Below the pieces are notes generated by a model. The model did no database searches. It worked only from the letters and a program-made list of their open reading frames with translations, and was not told where the DNA came from. DNA of 64,000 bases from Terriglobia bacterium (lineage in GTDB: Bacteria; Acidobacteriota; Polarisedimenticolia; Polarisedimenticolales; JAIQFR01). The position numbers and the translations under genes are program-made. Where the stretch lies: NCBI GenBank assembly GCA_963748015.1, contig CAVVHE010000004.1, positions 64,001-128,000 of the forward strand, in the 5' to 3' direction. Positions 54,934-64,000 of the stretch are shown piece by piece. How positions within the stretch are numbered: position 1 is the first letter of the stretch; the number at the start of each line of letters is the position of its first letter.

Positions 54934-55300
54934 GGACGAGAAGAACCTCCGCCTGCTCTACAAGCACGATCTGGAGCAGGACGGGTTCGCGGTCGTCACC
55001 GCGGCGAACGCGGTCGAGGGCCTTCACGCCCTGGAGGCGGAGGCGCCCGACCTGGTGATCCTCGACATCCGGATGCCGGGCATGGACGGTCTCGAGGCGA
55101 TGGGCCGGATCCTGGAGAAGAACCCGAAGATCCCGGTGGTGCTGAACTCGGCCTACTCGTCCTACAAGGACAACTTCCTGAGCTGGGCGGCCGACGCGTA
55201 CATCATCAAGAGCGCGGACACCAGCGAGCTTCGCGCGAAGGTCCGGGAGCTGATCGAGGCGCGGAGCGGCGGTGAGCCGACCGCGCGAGAGGCCGAGTAG
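54911..55300 (+). CDS. Single-domain response regulator
   Basis: ILVVEDE, LDIRMPGMDG, YIIKS. Confidence 0.92.
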   Translation: MPKILVVEDEKNLRLLYKHDLEQDGFAVVTAANAVEGLHALEAEAPDLVILDIRMPGMDGLEAMGRILEKNPKIPVVLNSAYSSYKDNFLSWAADAYIIKSADTSELRAKVRELIEARSGGEPTAREAE

Positions 55301-55329
55301 CTCCGCAGCTTTTCCGAGGGAGGTGGGTC

Positions 55330-56579
55330 ATGTCCCGGAGGTCGCTCATCCTGCACGACGTGCTGGCGCTCGTTCTAGCCGGCGGGCAGGGAGAAAGGCT
55401 CTACCCGCTGACGCGCGACCGCGGCAAGCCGGCGGTCCCCTTCGGCGGGATCTACCGGATCATCGACTTCACGCTGTCGAACTGCCTGAACTCGGGGCTG
55501 CGGAAGATCTTCGTCCTGACCCAGTACAAGTCCGGCAGCCTCGAGCGGCACATCAAGCATCGGCTGGGACCCGATCTTCTCGGCGGAGCTCGACGAGTGG
55601 GTGTACACGCGTGCCGCCGCAGCTTCGGGTCGGGCAGCGCTGGTACACCGGGACGGCCGACGCGGTCTACCAGAACATCTACCTCCTGGAGCAGGAGAGG
55701 CCCCGGCACGTCGTTCATCCTGTCCGGCGACCACATCTACAAGATGGACTACCGCAGGATGCTGGAGCTCCACGAGGCGAGCGGCGCCATCGCGACGGTG
55801 GCCGCGGTGGAGGTCCCGATCGAGCAGGCCTCGGCGTTCGGCGTGCATCGAGGTGGACGCAGTCCTGGCGCATCGTCGCGTTCGCGGAGAAGCCATCGGA
55901 CCCGCGTCCGGTCCCCGGCCGCCCCGACCGCGCCCTGGTGAACATGGGGGTGTACTGCTTCGAGACGGAGAGCCTCGTCCGGGCCCTGTGCCGCCGATTC
56001 GCGCCACGAGAGCCGGCACGACTTCGGGCACGACATCCTTCCGGGCCTCGTCGAGACGGGGAAGATCTTCGCCTACCCGTTCGTCGACGAGAACCGGAAG
56101 GAGATGCTCTACTGGCGCGACATCGGTACCCTGGACTCCTACTACGAGGCGAGCATGGACCTGGTCTCGGTCGATCCCGTGTTCAATCTGTACGACCGGA
56201 GCTGGCCGCTCCGCACCATGCCCCACCAGCTCCCGCCGGCGAAGACCGTGTTCGCGCAGGAGGAGCCCGGCGGGCGCATCGGCTTGGCGCTCGACTCGAT
56301 CCTGAGCGGCGGCGTGATCGTCAGCGGGGGCCGCGTCGAGCGGTCGGTCCTCGGGCCCCGAGGTGCGCGTGAACTCGTTCGCGCGGGTCGCCGACAGCGT
56401 GCTCATGGACGGCGTCGAGGTGGGCCGCCACGCGCGGGTCCGCCGCGCGATCGTGGACAAGGACGTGCAGATCCCCTCCGGCTACGTCGATCGGGGAGGA
56501 TCCCGACGAGGACAAGGAGCGTTTCACCGTGACCGCCGGGGGCGTCGTGGTTATCCCGCGCGGCACGCCACTCGATTGA
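55330..56579 (+). CDS. glgC: Glucose-1-phosphate adenylyltransferase; multiple frameshifts
   Basis: [60 protein letters not shown] spread over three frames. Confidence 0.9.
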
Positions 56580-56603
56580 CCGGAGAGGTTCTAGGAGGCA
56601 TCC

Positions 56604-57530
56604 GTGGAGCAGCATGACGTCGTGATCATCGGGTCCGGCCCGGCGGGGCTCACCGCCGCCGTCTATTGCGCCCGCGCGAACCTCAAGCCGGTGGTCGTGG
56701 AGGGGATGCTCGCGGGCGGCCAACTCATGAACACGACCGAGGTGGAGAACTACCCGGGATTTCCCGAGGGGATACAGGGGCCGGAGCTGATGGAGCTGTT
56801 CCGCAAGCAGGCGGAGCGTTTCGGCACGGCCTTCGTCTCCGGCGACGTGGTGAAGGTGGACTTCTCGGCGCGCCCTTTCGGCGTGTTCACCGACGAGAAG
56901 GAGCTGCGCGCGCGCGCGGTCATCGTCGCGACCGGCGCATCGCCGCGCACGCTGGGGATTCCCGGGGAGAAGGAGTACGCCGGGCGCGGGGTCTCGTACT
57001 GCGCGACCTGCGACGGGTTCTTCTTCCGGGACAAGGAGATCGTCGTGGTGGGCGGGGGCGATTCCGCGATGGAGGAGGCGCTGTTCCTCGCGCGCTACGG
57101 CTCCCGCACCACGGTCGTCCATCGTCGCGACGCGTTTCGCGCCTCGAAGATCATGGCTGACCGGCTGCTCGCGAACCCGAAGGTCGAGGTGGTCTGGAAC
57201 TCGTTCGTGGACGCGGTCGAGGGAGACGGCGCCAAGGTGACGACCGTCCGGCTCAGGAACGCGAAGACCGGCGCGGTCTCCGATCGGCCGTGCGCCGGCT
57301 TCTTCGTGGCGATCGGGCACACGCCGAACACCTCGCTGTTCGAGACGATCCTCCCGATGAACGCCGAAGGGTACCTCGAGCTCTCGGGCTCCTCGTCGTA
57401 CACGAACATCCCCGGCGTGTTCGCGGCGGGGGACGTGCACGACCACGTCTACCGGCAAGCGATCACCGCCGCCGGCGCCGGCTGCCGCGCCGCCATCGAC
57501 TGCGAGCGGTGGCTCGAGAGCGAGGGCTAG
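56604..57530 (+). CDS. trxB: Thioredoxin reductase
   Basis: GSGPAG, VENYPGF, CATCDG, GGGDSA, HRRD, AAGDV. Confidence 0.97.
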   Translation: MEQHDVVIIGSGPAGLTAAVYCARANLKPVVVEGMLAGGQLMNTTEVENYPGFPEGIQGPELMELFRKQAERFGTAFVSGDVVKVDFSARPFGVFTDEKELRARAVIVATGASPRTLGIPGEKEYAGRGVSYCATCDGFFFRDKEIVVVGGGDSAMEEALFLARYGSRTTVVHRRDAFRASKIMADRLLANPKVEVVWNSFVDAVEGDGAKVTTVRLRNAKTGAVSDRPCAGFFVAIGHTPNTSLFETILPMNAEGYLELSGSSSYTNIPGVFAAGDVHDHVYRQAITAAGAGCRAAIDCERWLESEG

Positions 57531-58708
57531 AGTCCTCGCCGGGTCGCCGCGACGAGAGCGGGGAGGAACGTCGCCGCGGGGCCGCGAAGCAGCGCGAGCG
57601 CCAGGGCGGCCAGGGCCGGACGGGCGAAGAGGAAGCCGATCGCGCGGGCGCGGCGGGTCACCGGCACGAACGCCGCGCGCCAGGTGCGGTCGTAGTTTCG
57701 TTCGGCGTTCCTCGTGAGCCCGCCGTGGGCCGAGGCATCGAGGGCGAAAGGGAGCGCGAGCTCCGCGGCAGCGAGCGCGTTCGAGATGCCTTCCCCGCAG
57801 AACGGATCGATCGTGCCCGCGGCGTCGCCGACGAACAGAGCGCCCGCGGCCGCCGGGCGGCGAGGCCCGAACCGTAGCGGTCCGACGCTCTTCCAGGGCG
57901 ATCGGCGCTGCGCCCCGGCAAGTGACCGCCGGGCCGTGGGGTTCGCGAAGATCCGCTCGCTCACGACCCGGTCGGGGGATCCGCCGCAGGCGCGGAGAGC
58001 CGCCACCCGGCTCATGAAGCAGAGGTTGATCCGCCCTCCCTCGACCGGGCCGATTCCGGCGTAGCCGCCTTCGAACAGGTGCAGCTCGACGGCGCCGCGC
58101 GGCGAGGCGGCAGCGGCGTCGAAGTGCGCCTTCAGCCCGAACCAGGCGCGTGGGCCGCTCCGCGTCGGGTCCCCGAGGGCGGGGTGAAGGGCGCGGGCGA
58201 GCATCGAGCGGCGGCCGTCCGCCGCGACGACGATGGGGGCCCTGACCGGCTCGCCAGGGCCGGCGAGGCCCACCTCCCGGAGGCGGGCACCGGCGACGCG
58301 GCCGCCCTCGACGATCGGTTCCGTGGCCTCGCAGCGCTCGCGCACGTCGGCGCCGAGCGCGCGGGCGCGGTCGAGCAAGGCGGCGTCGAGGAGCGAGCGG
58401 GAGATCCCGAGCGCATCGCGCCCTGCTCCCGCAAGGTCGGGCAGGAACGCCTCGACGGCGCGTCCCGAGGAGGACGAGACCGTCGTTCTCGCGATGGGGA
58501 CGGCCCCGGCGGCGAGCAGCGCATCGAGTGCGCCGAGCCGCCCCAAGGAGATCCGCCCCTCCGCCGAGAGGAACTCGCCGCAGACCTTGTCCCGCGGGAA
58601 GCGGTCGCGCTCGGCGAGCAGCACGCGGGCCCCTCGCTCCGCCGCCATGGCGGCGAGCGCGGCGCCCGCGGGCCCCCCGCCGATCACCAGGACGTCGGGA
58701 GCGCTCAC
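57527..58708 (-). CDS. FAD-dependent oxidoreductase (geranylgeranyl-reductase-like)
   Basis: IGGGPAG, FPRDKVCGEFLS, ADGRRS, VGDAAGTIDPFCGEG. Confidence 0.88.
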   Translation of the reverse strand: MSAPDVLVIGGGPAGAALAAMAAERGARVLLAERDRFPRDKVCGEFLSAEGRISLGRLGALDALLAAGAVPIARTTVSSSSGRAVEAFLPDLAGAGRDALGISRSLLDAALLDRARALGADVRERCEATEPIVEGGRVAGARLREVGLAGPGEPVRAPIVVAADGRRSMLARALHPALGDPTRSGPRAWFGLKAHFDAAAASPRGAVELHLFEGGYAGIGPVEGGRINLCFMSRVAALRACGGSPDRVVSERIFANPTARRSLAGAQRRSPWKSVGPLRFGPRRPAAAGALFVGDAAGTIDPFCGEGISNALAAAELALPFALDASAHGGLTRNAERNYDRTWRAAFVPVTRRARAIGFLFARPALAALALALLRGPAATFLPALVAATRRGL

Positions 58709-59424
58709 GGGGGGCCCCCGGCGGCCGGCAGCGTGAGCGCCAGTCGGAAGGGGCAGAGCCGCTCGACCCGGGCTCCCGCCCCCCCCGCGCGGCGCCCTAT
58801 CGCGAGGAGCTCGCCCGGCGTGAATCCCCGCCGCACCGAGAGCGGCGCGTCGTAAGCGAAGAACGGGCTCCGCCGCGTGACGCGCGCGGCGAGCGCGATG
58901 AACAGCCACGGGAGCACGCCCCGCTCGAGGTCGTTGACGATCACGGCGCGCCGCGCAAGGCGCAGGAGCGAGCCGAGCAGGGTCGCGGCATCTTCGTCTC
59001 CGAAATGGTGCAGAAACATCGAGGCGCAGACCACGTCGAAGCTCCTCGCCGCGAAGGGAAGGGCCCGCGCGTCGGCCAGGACGACCCGGACGTGGCGCGC
59101 GGCCGCCGCGGCGCGCGCGGCCACCCGGATCGCCGCCGGGTCGCGGTCCACCGCGGTGACCCGCACCGTGCGCCTGCGGCGCCGGCCCAGGTCTTCCATC
59201 GCCACGGCCAGGTCGGCGCCGCCCGTGCCGACGTCGAGGATCTCGACCTCGCCGCCCGGCGGGGCCGCGACCACGTGCGGGTCGAGGGCCCGTAACAGCG
59301 CGCGGGCGCCGCCGAGCCGGCGGTTGACGGTGGCGATGTCGCGGAGCGCGGCCGCCACCTCCTCGGGATCGCACCCCGCGCGCTCCATCCGCTCCTCCTC
59401 CGAGCTCCTGCGGAGGACCGTCAC
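58705..59424 (-). CDS. Class I SAM-dependent methyltransferase
   Basis: VNRRLGG, LDVGTGGAD, FLHHF, NDLER, DAPLSVRRGFT. Confidence 0.88.
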   Translation of the reverse strand: MTVLRRSSEEERMERAGCDPEEVAAALRDIATVNRRLGGARALLRALDPHVVAAPPGGEVEILDVGTGGADLAVAMEDLGRRRRRTVRVTAVDRDPAAIRVAARAAAAARHVRVVLADARALPFAARSFDVVCASMFLHHFGDEDAATLLGSLLRLARRAVIVNDLERGVLPWLFIALAARVTRRSPFFAYDAPLSVRRGFTPGELLAIGRRAGGAGARVERLCPFRLALTLPAAGGPP

Positions 59425-60713
59425 GGTCCGTCTCGGGGCGCCCGGAGGACCAGGGCCGAGTTCTTCGATCCGAAGCCGATGCAGTTGCAGAGGGCCGTGC
59501 CGATCCGGGCGGGACGCCCCGCGTCCGGAACAACGTCGAGATCGCACTCGGGGTCCGGCTCGTCCCGGTTGGCGGTCGGGGGGAGCACCCCGTCTCGCAT
59601 GGCGAGGAGCGTGGCCACGACACCGGCCGCGCCGCTCGCCCCTTGGGGATGGCCGATGACCGACTTCACGCTCGACGCCGGGGCGTCGTGGGCGTGGAGG
59701 CCGAGGGCGAGCTTCACCGCCCGCGTCTCGATCCGGTCGTTGAGCACGGTGGAGGTCCCGTGCAGGGCGACGTAGTCGATCTCCTCGGGAACGGCCCCCG
59801 CATCCTCGAGAGCCAGGGTCATCGCCCGTGCCGGCTCCTCGCCGGACTCGTCGAGCCGGACGCGGTGGAACGCCTCGCAGGTCGACCCGTAGCCGGCGAT
59901 CTCGCCGTAGATCCGCGCCCCGCGCCGCACGGCCGAATCGCGCTCCTCGAGGAGGAGCACGAAGGCGCCCTCCCCGAGCACGAACCCGTCGCGGTCCCGC
60001 GAGAACGGGCGGGACCCGCGCTCGGGCTCGTCGTTCCACGAGGGGGTCATGATCCGCATGAGGCAGAAACCCGCGAGGATGCCCGGGCTGATCGGGGCGT
60101 CCGTCCCCCCGGCGAGCACGCGGTCCGCGCGCCCGTACCGGATCAGGGACAGCGCGTGGCCCAGGGCGTCCGTGGAAGAGGTGCACCCCGTGGTGAGCAC
60201 GTGGCTCGGTCCCCTCAGGCCGTGGCGCATCGAGATCTCGCTGCTGAGCGATCCGGGGGTCGCCGAGGGGATCGTGTAGAGGCTCACCCCCTTCGCGTTC
60301 CCGAGGTAGAACTCCCGGAACTGGTGCTCGGCGAACTCCAGTCCCGCCCCGCCGCTGCCGAGGACCACCGCGAAGCGCCGTCGCTCCTCGATCGGCTGCC
60401 CGGAGGGGTCGACGCCCGCGTCCGCGCAGGCCTCGTCCGCGGCCGCGATCGCCATCACGGTGGCTCTCGGGAGGTGTTTCGCCTCCCGCCCTTCCACGTA
60501 GCGCGAGGGGTCGAAGTCCGGCACCTGGCCGGCGATCCTGGTCGGGAGTCCCGAGACGTCGAACCCCGCGATCGGGCGGACCCCGCTCTTCCCCTCGCGG
60601 GTCGCTCGCCAGAACGCCTCGCGTCCGGTCCCGTTCGGGGCCACGGCCCCGAGGCCGGTGACGACGACGCGGCGCCCCTCGAGGGGCCTTGTCCTTCCGC
60701 TCGCAACGTCCAT
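59421..60713 (-). CDS. FabF-like beta-ketoacyl synthase
   Basis: VVVTGLG, TGCTSS (Cys), HGTST, GHPQGA, GFGSKN. Confidence 0.9.
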   Translation of the reverse strand: MDVASGRTRPLEGRRVVVTGLGAVAPNGTGREAFWRATREGKSGVRPIAGFDVSGLPTRIAGQVPDFDPSRYVEGREAKHLPRATVMAIAAADEACADAGVDPSGQPIEERRRFAVVLGSGGAGLEFAEHQFREFYLGNAKGVSLYTIPSATPGSLSSEISMRHGLRGPSHVLTTGCTSSTDALGHALSLIRYGRADRVLAGGTDAPISPGILAGFCLMRIMTPSWNDEPERGSRPFSRDRDGFVLGEGAFVLLLEERDSAVRRGARIYGEIAGYGSTCEAFHRVRLDESGEEPARAMTLALEDAGAVPEEIDYVALHGTSTVLNDRIETRAVKLALGLHAHDAPASSVKSVIGHPQGASGAAGVVATLLAMRDGVLPPTANRDEPDPECDLDVVPDAGRPARIGTALCNCIGFGSKNSALVLRAPRDGP

Positions 60714-60812
60714 CCCGTGGATTCTCCCCGGCCCACCCCGAACAGTCTAATCCCCGCCGATGCGGACCGCCGTTCGCATAGAATGAGCACTCGAGAGTCG
60801 GGAGGTGCGGCC

Positions 60813-61448
60813 ATGGCGGACACACTGTTCTGGGACGTGGACACCCAGGTCGACTTCATGGACCCCGCGGGCGCGCCGTACGTGCCGCGCGCGGAGACGA
60901 TCGTCGCGAATCTGGAGAAGCTGACGCTTCACGCGAAGCGCATGGGGATCGCGCGCGCCGGCTCGGTCGACCACCATGCGCCCGCCGATCCGGAGGACTC
61001 CGACCGGCCGGACCTCGGCGAGCCCTATCCGCCGCACTGCCTCGCCGGGACGCCGGGGGCCGCGAAGATCGCGGCGACGTCGCCCCAGAACCCGCTCTGG
61101 ATCCCGCCGAGCCCGGTTCCGGCCCCGGCCCTCGCGGCACAGATCCGGAACCATCCCGGCGAGGTGTTTCTGCTGAAGCACAAGTTCGACGTCTTCTCGA
61201 ACCCGAACACCTGCACGGTGCTGCGCGCCTACGGGCCGTCGCGTATCGTGGTGTACGGCGTCGCGCTGGACGTCGCGGTACGCCATGCCGTGGAGGGCTT
61301 TCTGACGCTGACGGGGTGGGAGATCTGGCTGGTGGAGGACGCCGTCAAGGCGGTGCGGCCCGAGGCCGCTGCGGACCTGCTCGATGATTGGCGAGGGCGC
61401 GGGGTGAGGACGGTGAGCACCGACGAGGCCCTCGATCTGACCAGGTAG
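60813..61448 (+). CDS. Isochorismatase/nicotinamidase-like protein lacking the catalytic Cys
   Basis: DVDTQVDF, DHH, PPHC, KHKFDVF; GVALDVAV in place of GVxxDxCV. Confidence 0.82.
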   Translation: MADTLFWDVDTQVDFMDPAGAPYVPRAETIVANLEKLTLHAKRMGIARAGSVDHHAPADPEDSDRPDLGEPYPPHCLAGTPGAAKIAATSPQNPLWIPPSPVPAPALAAQIRNHPGEVFLLKHKFDVFSNPNTCTVLRAYGPSRIVVYGVALDVAVRHAVEGFLTLTGWEIWLVEDAVKAVRPEAAADLLDDWRGRGVRTVSTDEALDLTR

Positions 61449-61456
61449 GGGGAGGC

Positions 61457-62917
61457 ATGAGACCGATTCTCCGGCTGCTGGACGACGCGCTGATCGAGAG
61501 GATCCTGGACGAGGCGAGGGACGTGCTCTGGCGGCTCGGGGTCGAGGTTCACAACCCTCCGGTCCTGACCCTCCTCGCCGATCACGGTGCGAAGGTGGAT
61601 CGCGCATCGCAGCGGGTCTTCCTCCGCGGCGAGATGGTGGACCGGGCCGTCGCGAGCGCCCCGAAAGGGTTCAAGCTCCACGACGTCCTCGGCAACGAGA
61701 CGCACGATCTCTCCGGGTACCGCGTCCACTTCACCCCCGGTTCCGCGGCGATCCACGTGCTCGACGCCGCGACGGGCGCGATCCGCAAGCCGGCGACCCG
61801 GGATTGCGTCGAGCACTTCAAGGTCGTGAGCGGGCTGCCGAACATCCACGCGGCGAGCACCTCGATCGTGCCGGCGGACGTCCACGAGGCGGTCTCGGAC
61901 AGCTACCGGCTCTACCTGGCCCTGCTGTATTGCGAGAAACCGGTGGTCACCGGGGCCTTCCGCATCGAGTCGTTCGAGGTGATGAAGGACTTCCAGGTTG
62001 CCGTCCGGGGAGGCGCTTCGGCGCTGAGGGAGAAGCCCCTGACGGTCTTCTCGTGCTGCCCGACCTCGCCGCTCAAGTGGAGCGACGTCACCTCCCAGAA
62101 CCTCGTGGACTGCGCCCGCTGGGGGATCCCCACCGAGCTGATCTCGATGCCGCTCTCGGGGTTCATGGCGCCGGTGACGCTCACCGGGACGCTCGTCCAG
62201 CACACCGCCGAGACGCTGAGCGGCCTCGTGATCGCCCAGACGGCGAGTCCCGGCGCGCCGGTCCTCTACGGCGGCTCCCCGGCGGCCTTCGACGTCCGGT
62301 ACGAGACGACCCCCATGGGCGCGATCGAGACCCAGATGGTGGACTGCGCCTACAACGAGATCGGGAAGCACCTGGGACTGCCTACCCAGGCCTACATCTC
62401 GCTGAGCGACGCGAAGGCCCTCGACGCCCAGGCCGGTCTCGAGAGCTCGATGGGGGCGACCCTCGCGGCCCTCTCCGGGATCAACAGCGTTTCGGGGCCG
62501 GGCATGCTCGACTTCGAGAGCTGCCAGAGCCTCGAGAAGCTGGTCGTGGACCACGAGATCTGCGGCCTGGTCCTGAGGCTTGCCCGCGGGATCGAGCCGC
62601 GCGACGATTTCCCGGCCGTCCCGATCTTCGAGGAGCTCCTGCGCGACGGCCACCTCCTGATCGCGAAGCACACGCGGCGGCACCTCCGCGCGGAGCACCA
62701 CTTCCCCGGGCCGGCCATCGACAGGGCGAACCTGTCGCGCTGGCGCGAGGAAGGGGGCCTCACGCTAGGGGCGCGCGCGTCGCGCGAGGTGGCCCGGCTG
62801 CTCGAAGCCCACGTGCCGTCGAGGCTTCCCGTAGAGGTGCAGCGGGAGCTGGCCCGCCTGATGCAGTCGGCCGCGCGCGCCGCCGGCATGGATGCTCTCC
62901 CCTCGAGGGAAGCATGA
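61457..62917 (+). CDS. MttB-superfamily corrinoid methyltransferase (non-pyrrolysine)
   Basis: PTSPLKW, APVTLTG..AETLSG, PGAPVLYGG, SDAKALDAQAGLE, SLEKLVVDHE; no in-frame amber. Confidence 0.9.
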   Translation: MRPILRLLDDALIERILDEARDVLWRLGVEVHNPPVLTLLADHGAKVDRASQRVFLRGEMVDRAVASAPKGFKLHDVLGNETHDLSGYRVHFTPGSAAIHVLDAATGAIRKPATRDCVEHFKVVSGLPNIHAASTSIVPADVHEAVSDSYRLYLALLYCEKPVVTGAFRIESFEVMKDFQVAVRGGASALREKPLTVFSCCPTSPLKWSDVTSQNLVDCARWGIPTELISMPLSGFMAPVTLTGTLVQHTAETLSGLVIAQTASPGAPVLYGGSPAAFDVRYETTPMGAIETQMVDCAYNEIGKHLGLPTQAYISLSDAKALDAQAGLESSMGATLAALSGINSVSGPGMLDFESCQSLEKLVVDHEICGLVLRLARGIEPRDDFPAVPIFEELLRDGHLLIAKHTRRHLRAEHHFPGPAIDRANLSRWREEGGLTLGARASREVARLLEAHVPSRLPVEVQRELARLMQSAARAAGMDALPSREA

Positions 62918-63636
62918 GAGCGGTCTTGAGGCTCGATCCCTCCGCGGCGGAGCCGGATCCGCGCTGCGTCCTGGCACGGCTCGGGATCGGGAAGGACCGC
63001 GAGCCCACCGCGACGGTAAACGGCCTCGTGACGAAGGCCGCCGAGCTCCTCCGCCGGCACGCGCGCCCCGCGGCGATGATGGAGCAGGTGGCGCCGGAGG
63101 AGTTCGCGAGGGTGTACGACGGAGAGGGGAAGAACCTCTCGCCCGCCCCCCTCGAGACGGTCTGGCCGCGGGCCGACCGGCTCGCGCTCTACACCGCGAC
63201 CCTCGGCGAGGAAGTCAGCCGGGAGATCGCCGCGCTCTTCGAGGTCGGCGACTACGCCCTCGGCTATGTGCTCGACGCCCTGGCCTCGTGCGCGGCGGAC
63301 GGCCTGTCGAGACTCCTCGCGAAACGGTACGTCGCCGCCCTCGTGGTCCGGGGGGAAGTGCCGGCCGACCGCAGGGCGCTCGATTACAGTCCGGGCTACT
63401 GCGGCTGGGACATCAGCGGTCAGCGGGCGCTGTTCGCCCGCCTCCGCCCGGCGGAGATCGGGGTCGCCATCAACGAGAGCTGCCTCATGCGGCCGCTGAA
63501 ATCGGTGTCGGGGGTGATCGCCGTGGGCCCGGCCTCGATCCACCGGATCGAGCCGGCGTACGCGTGCTGCGCAACGTGTGGCGAGCGGAGCTGCCACGAA
63601 CGGGGCTCGGCTCCAATCGCCGCCGACGGGGGCTGA
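62914..63636 (+). CDS. Methionine synthase activation-domain-like protein with Cys-rich tail
   Basis: ATLG, YSPGYCGWDI..Q, MRPLKSVSG, CATCGERSC. Confidence 0.8.
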   Translation: MRAVLRLDPSAAEPDPRCVLARLGIGKDREPTATVNGLVTKAAELLRRHARPAAMMEQVAPEEFARVYDGEGKNLSPAPLETVWPRADRLALYTATLGEEVSREIAALFEVGDYALGYVLDALASCAADGLSRLLAKRYVAALVVRGEVPADRRALDYSPGYCGWDISGQRALFARLRPAEIGVAINESCLMRPLKSVSGVIAVGPASIHRIEPAYACCATCGERSCHERGSAPIAADGG

Positions 63637-63642
63637 CCACGT

Positions 63643-63716
63643 GCCACCAGGCGCCGTAGTCTGTCTCGTCCCGAAGCGTGCCGCGCGGGACGAGACAGAC
63701 TACGGCGCCTGGTGGC
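63643..63716. repeat. Perfect 31-bp inverted repeat within an operon
   Basis: GCCACCAGGCGCCGTAGTCTGTCTCGTCCCG and its reverse complement, 12-nt loop. Confidence 0.85.
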
Positions 63717-63750
63717 TGCCGACCAGGGAAAAGGCGATTAGGAGAAAGGC

Positions 63751-64000
63751 ATGGAGATCCTGCGGGAGATCGCGGAGAGCCTGGGACAGGGGGAGGACGA
63801 GAAGGTCGCGGCGCTCGCTCACGCGGCGCTCGACGGCGGGGCCGCGGCGCGCGAGGTGCTCGAGCGCGCCCTGATCGCCGGCATGGCCGACGTCGGCGAG
63901 CGTTTCCGTCGGCACGAGATCTTCCTGCCCGACGTCCTGCTCGCGGCACGGGCGATGAACGCCGGCGTCGAGGTGCTCAAGCCGCACCTCGCGGGCGAGG
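63751..64000 (+). CDS. Corrinoid (B12-binding) protein, N-terminal cap domain; truncated by the window end
   Basis: My translation: MEILREIAESL..LIAGMADVGERFRRHEIFLPDVLLAARAMNAG; GGAG SD. Confidence 0.88.
   Translation, partial: MEILREIAESLGQGEDEKVAALAHAALDGGAAAREVLERALIAGMADVGERFRRHEIFLPDVLLAARAMNAGVEVLKPHLAGE

Noticed and set aside
51299..55300. 1333-aa hybrid kinase-receiver ORF
   Set aside because: Chimera of a glgA shadow frame, the kinase and the receiver joined by the frameshifts; separate starts at 52757 and 54911 fit better.
61457..62917. Pyrrolysine recoding in the MttB homolog
   Set aside because: Frame is open with no internal TAG and no pyl genes are seen.

Overview
High-GC bacterial chromosomal window. 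Tandem acidobacterial-type VWA proteins and the overall gene mix suggest Acidobacteriota (inference). There are about 50 CDSs and no rRNA, tRNA, CRISPR, transposase or integrase that I can support. Main blocks: gdhA; secreted and membrane proteins; a glycyl-radical hydroxyproline dehydratase (hypD) with its activase; a pentaheme cytochrome with a heme-bearing beta-barrel; heme biosynthesis genes (hemE, hemN, hemY) split by mbfA; icd plus two mdh paralogs; a glycogen operon containing a two-component system; a FabF-like ketosynthase/methyltransferase/FAD-oxidoreductase cluster; and an MttB-family corrinoid methyltransferase operon cut by the window end. Most notable unexplained signals: (1) two ~190-nt rod-like intergenic palindromes with a conserved, covarying core but diverged outer arms; (2) a second hairpin family with a conserved 27-nt apex on unrelated stems; (3) an intact mdh paralog with three active-site substitutions, next to an mdh with a 5-residue loop insertion. 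A dense cluster of frameshifts at 54.6-56.5 kb looks like assembly error.
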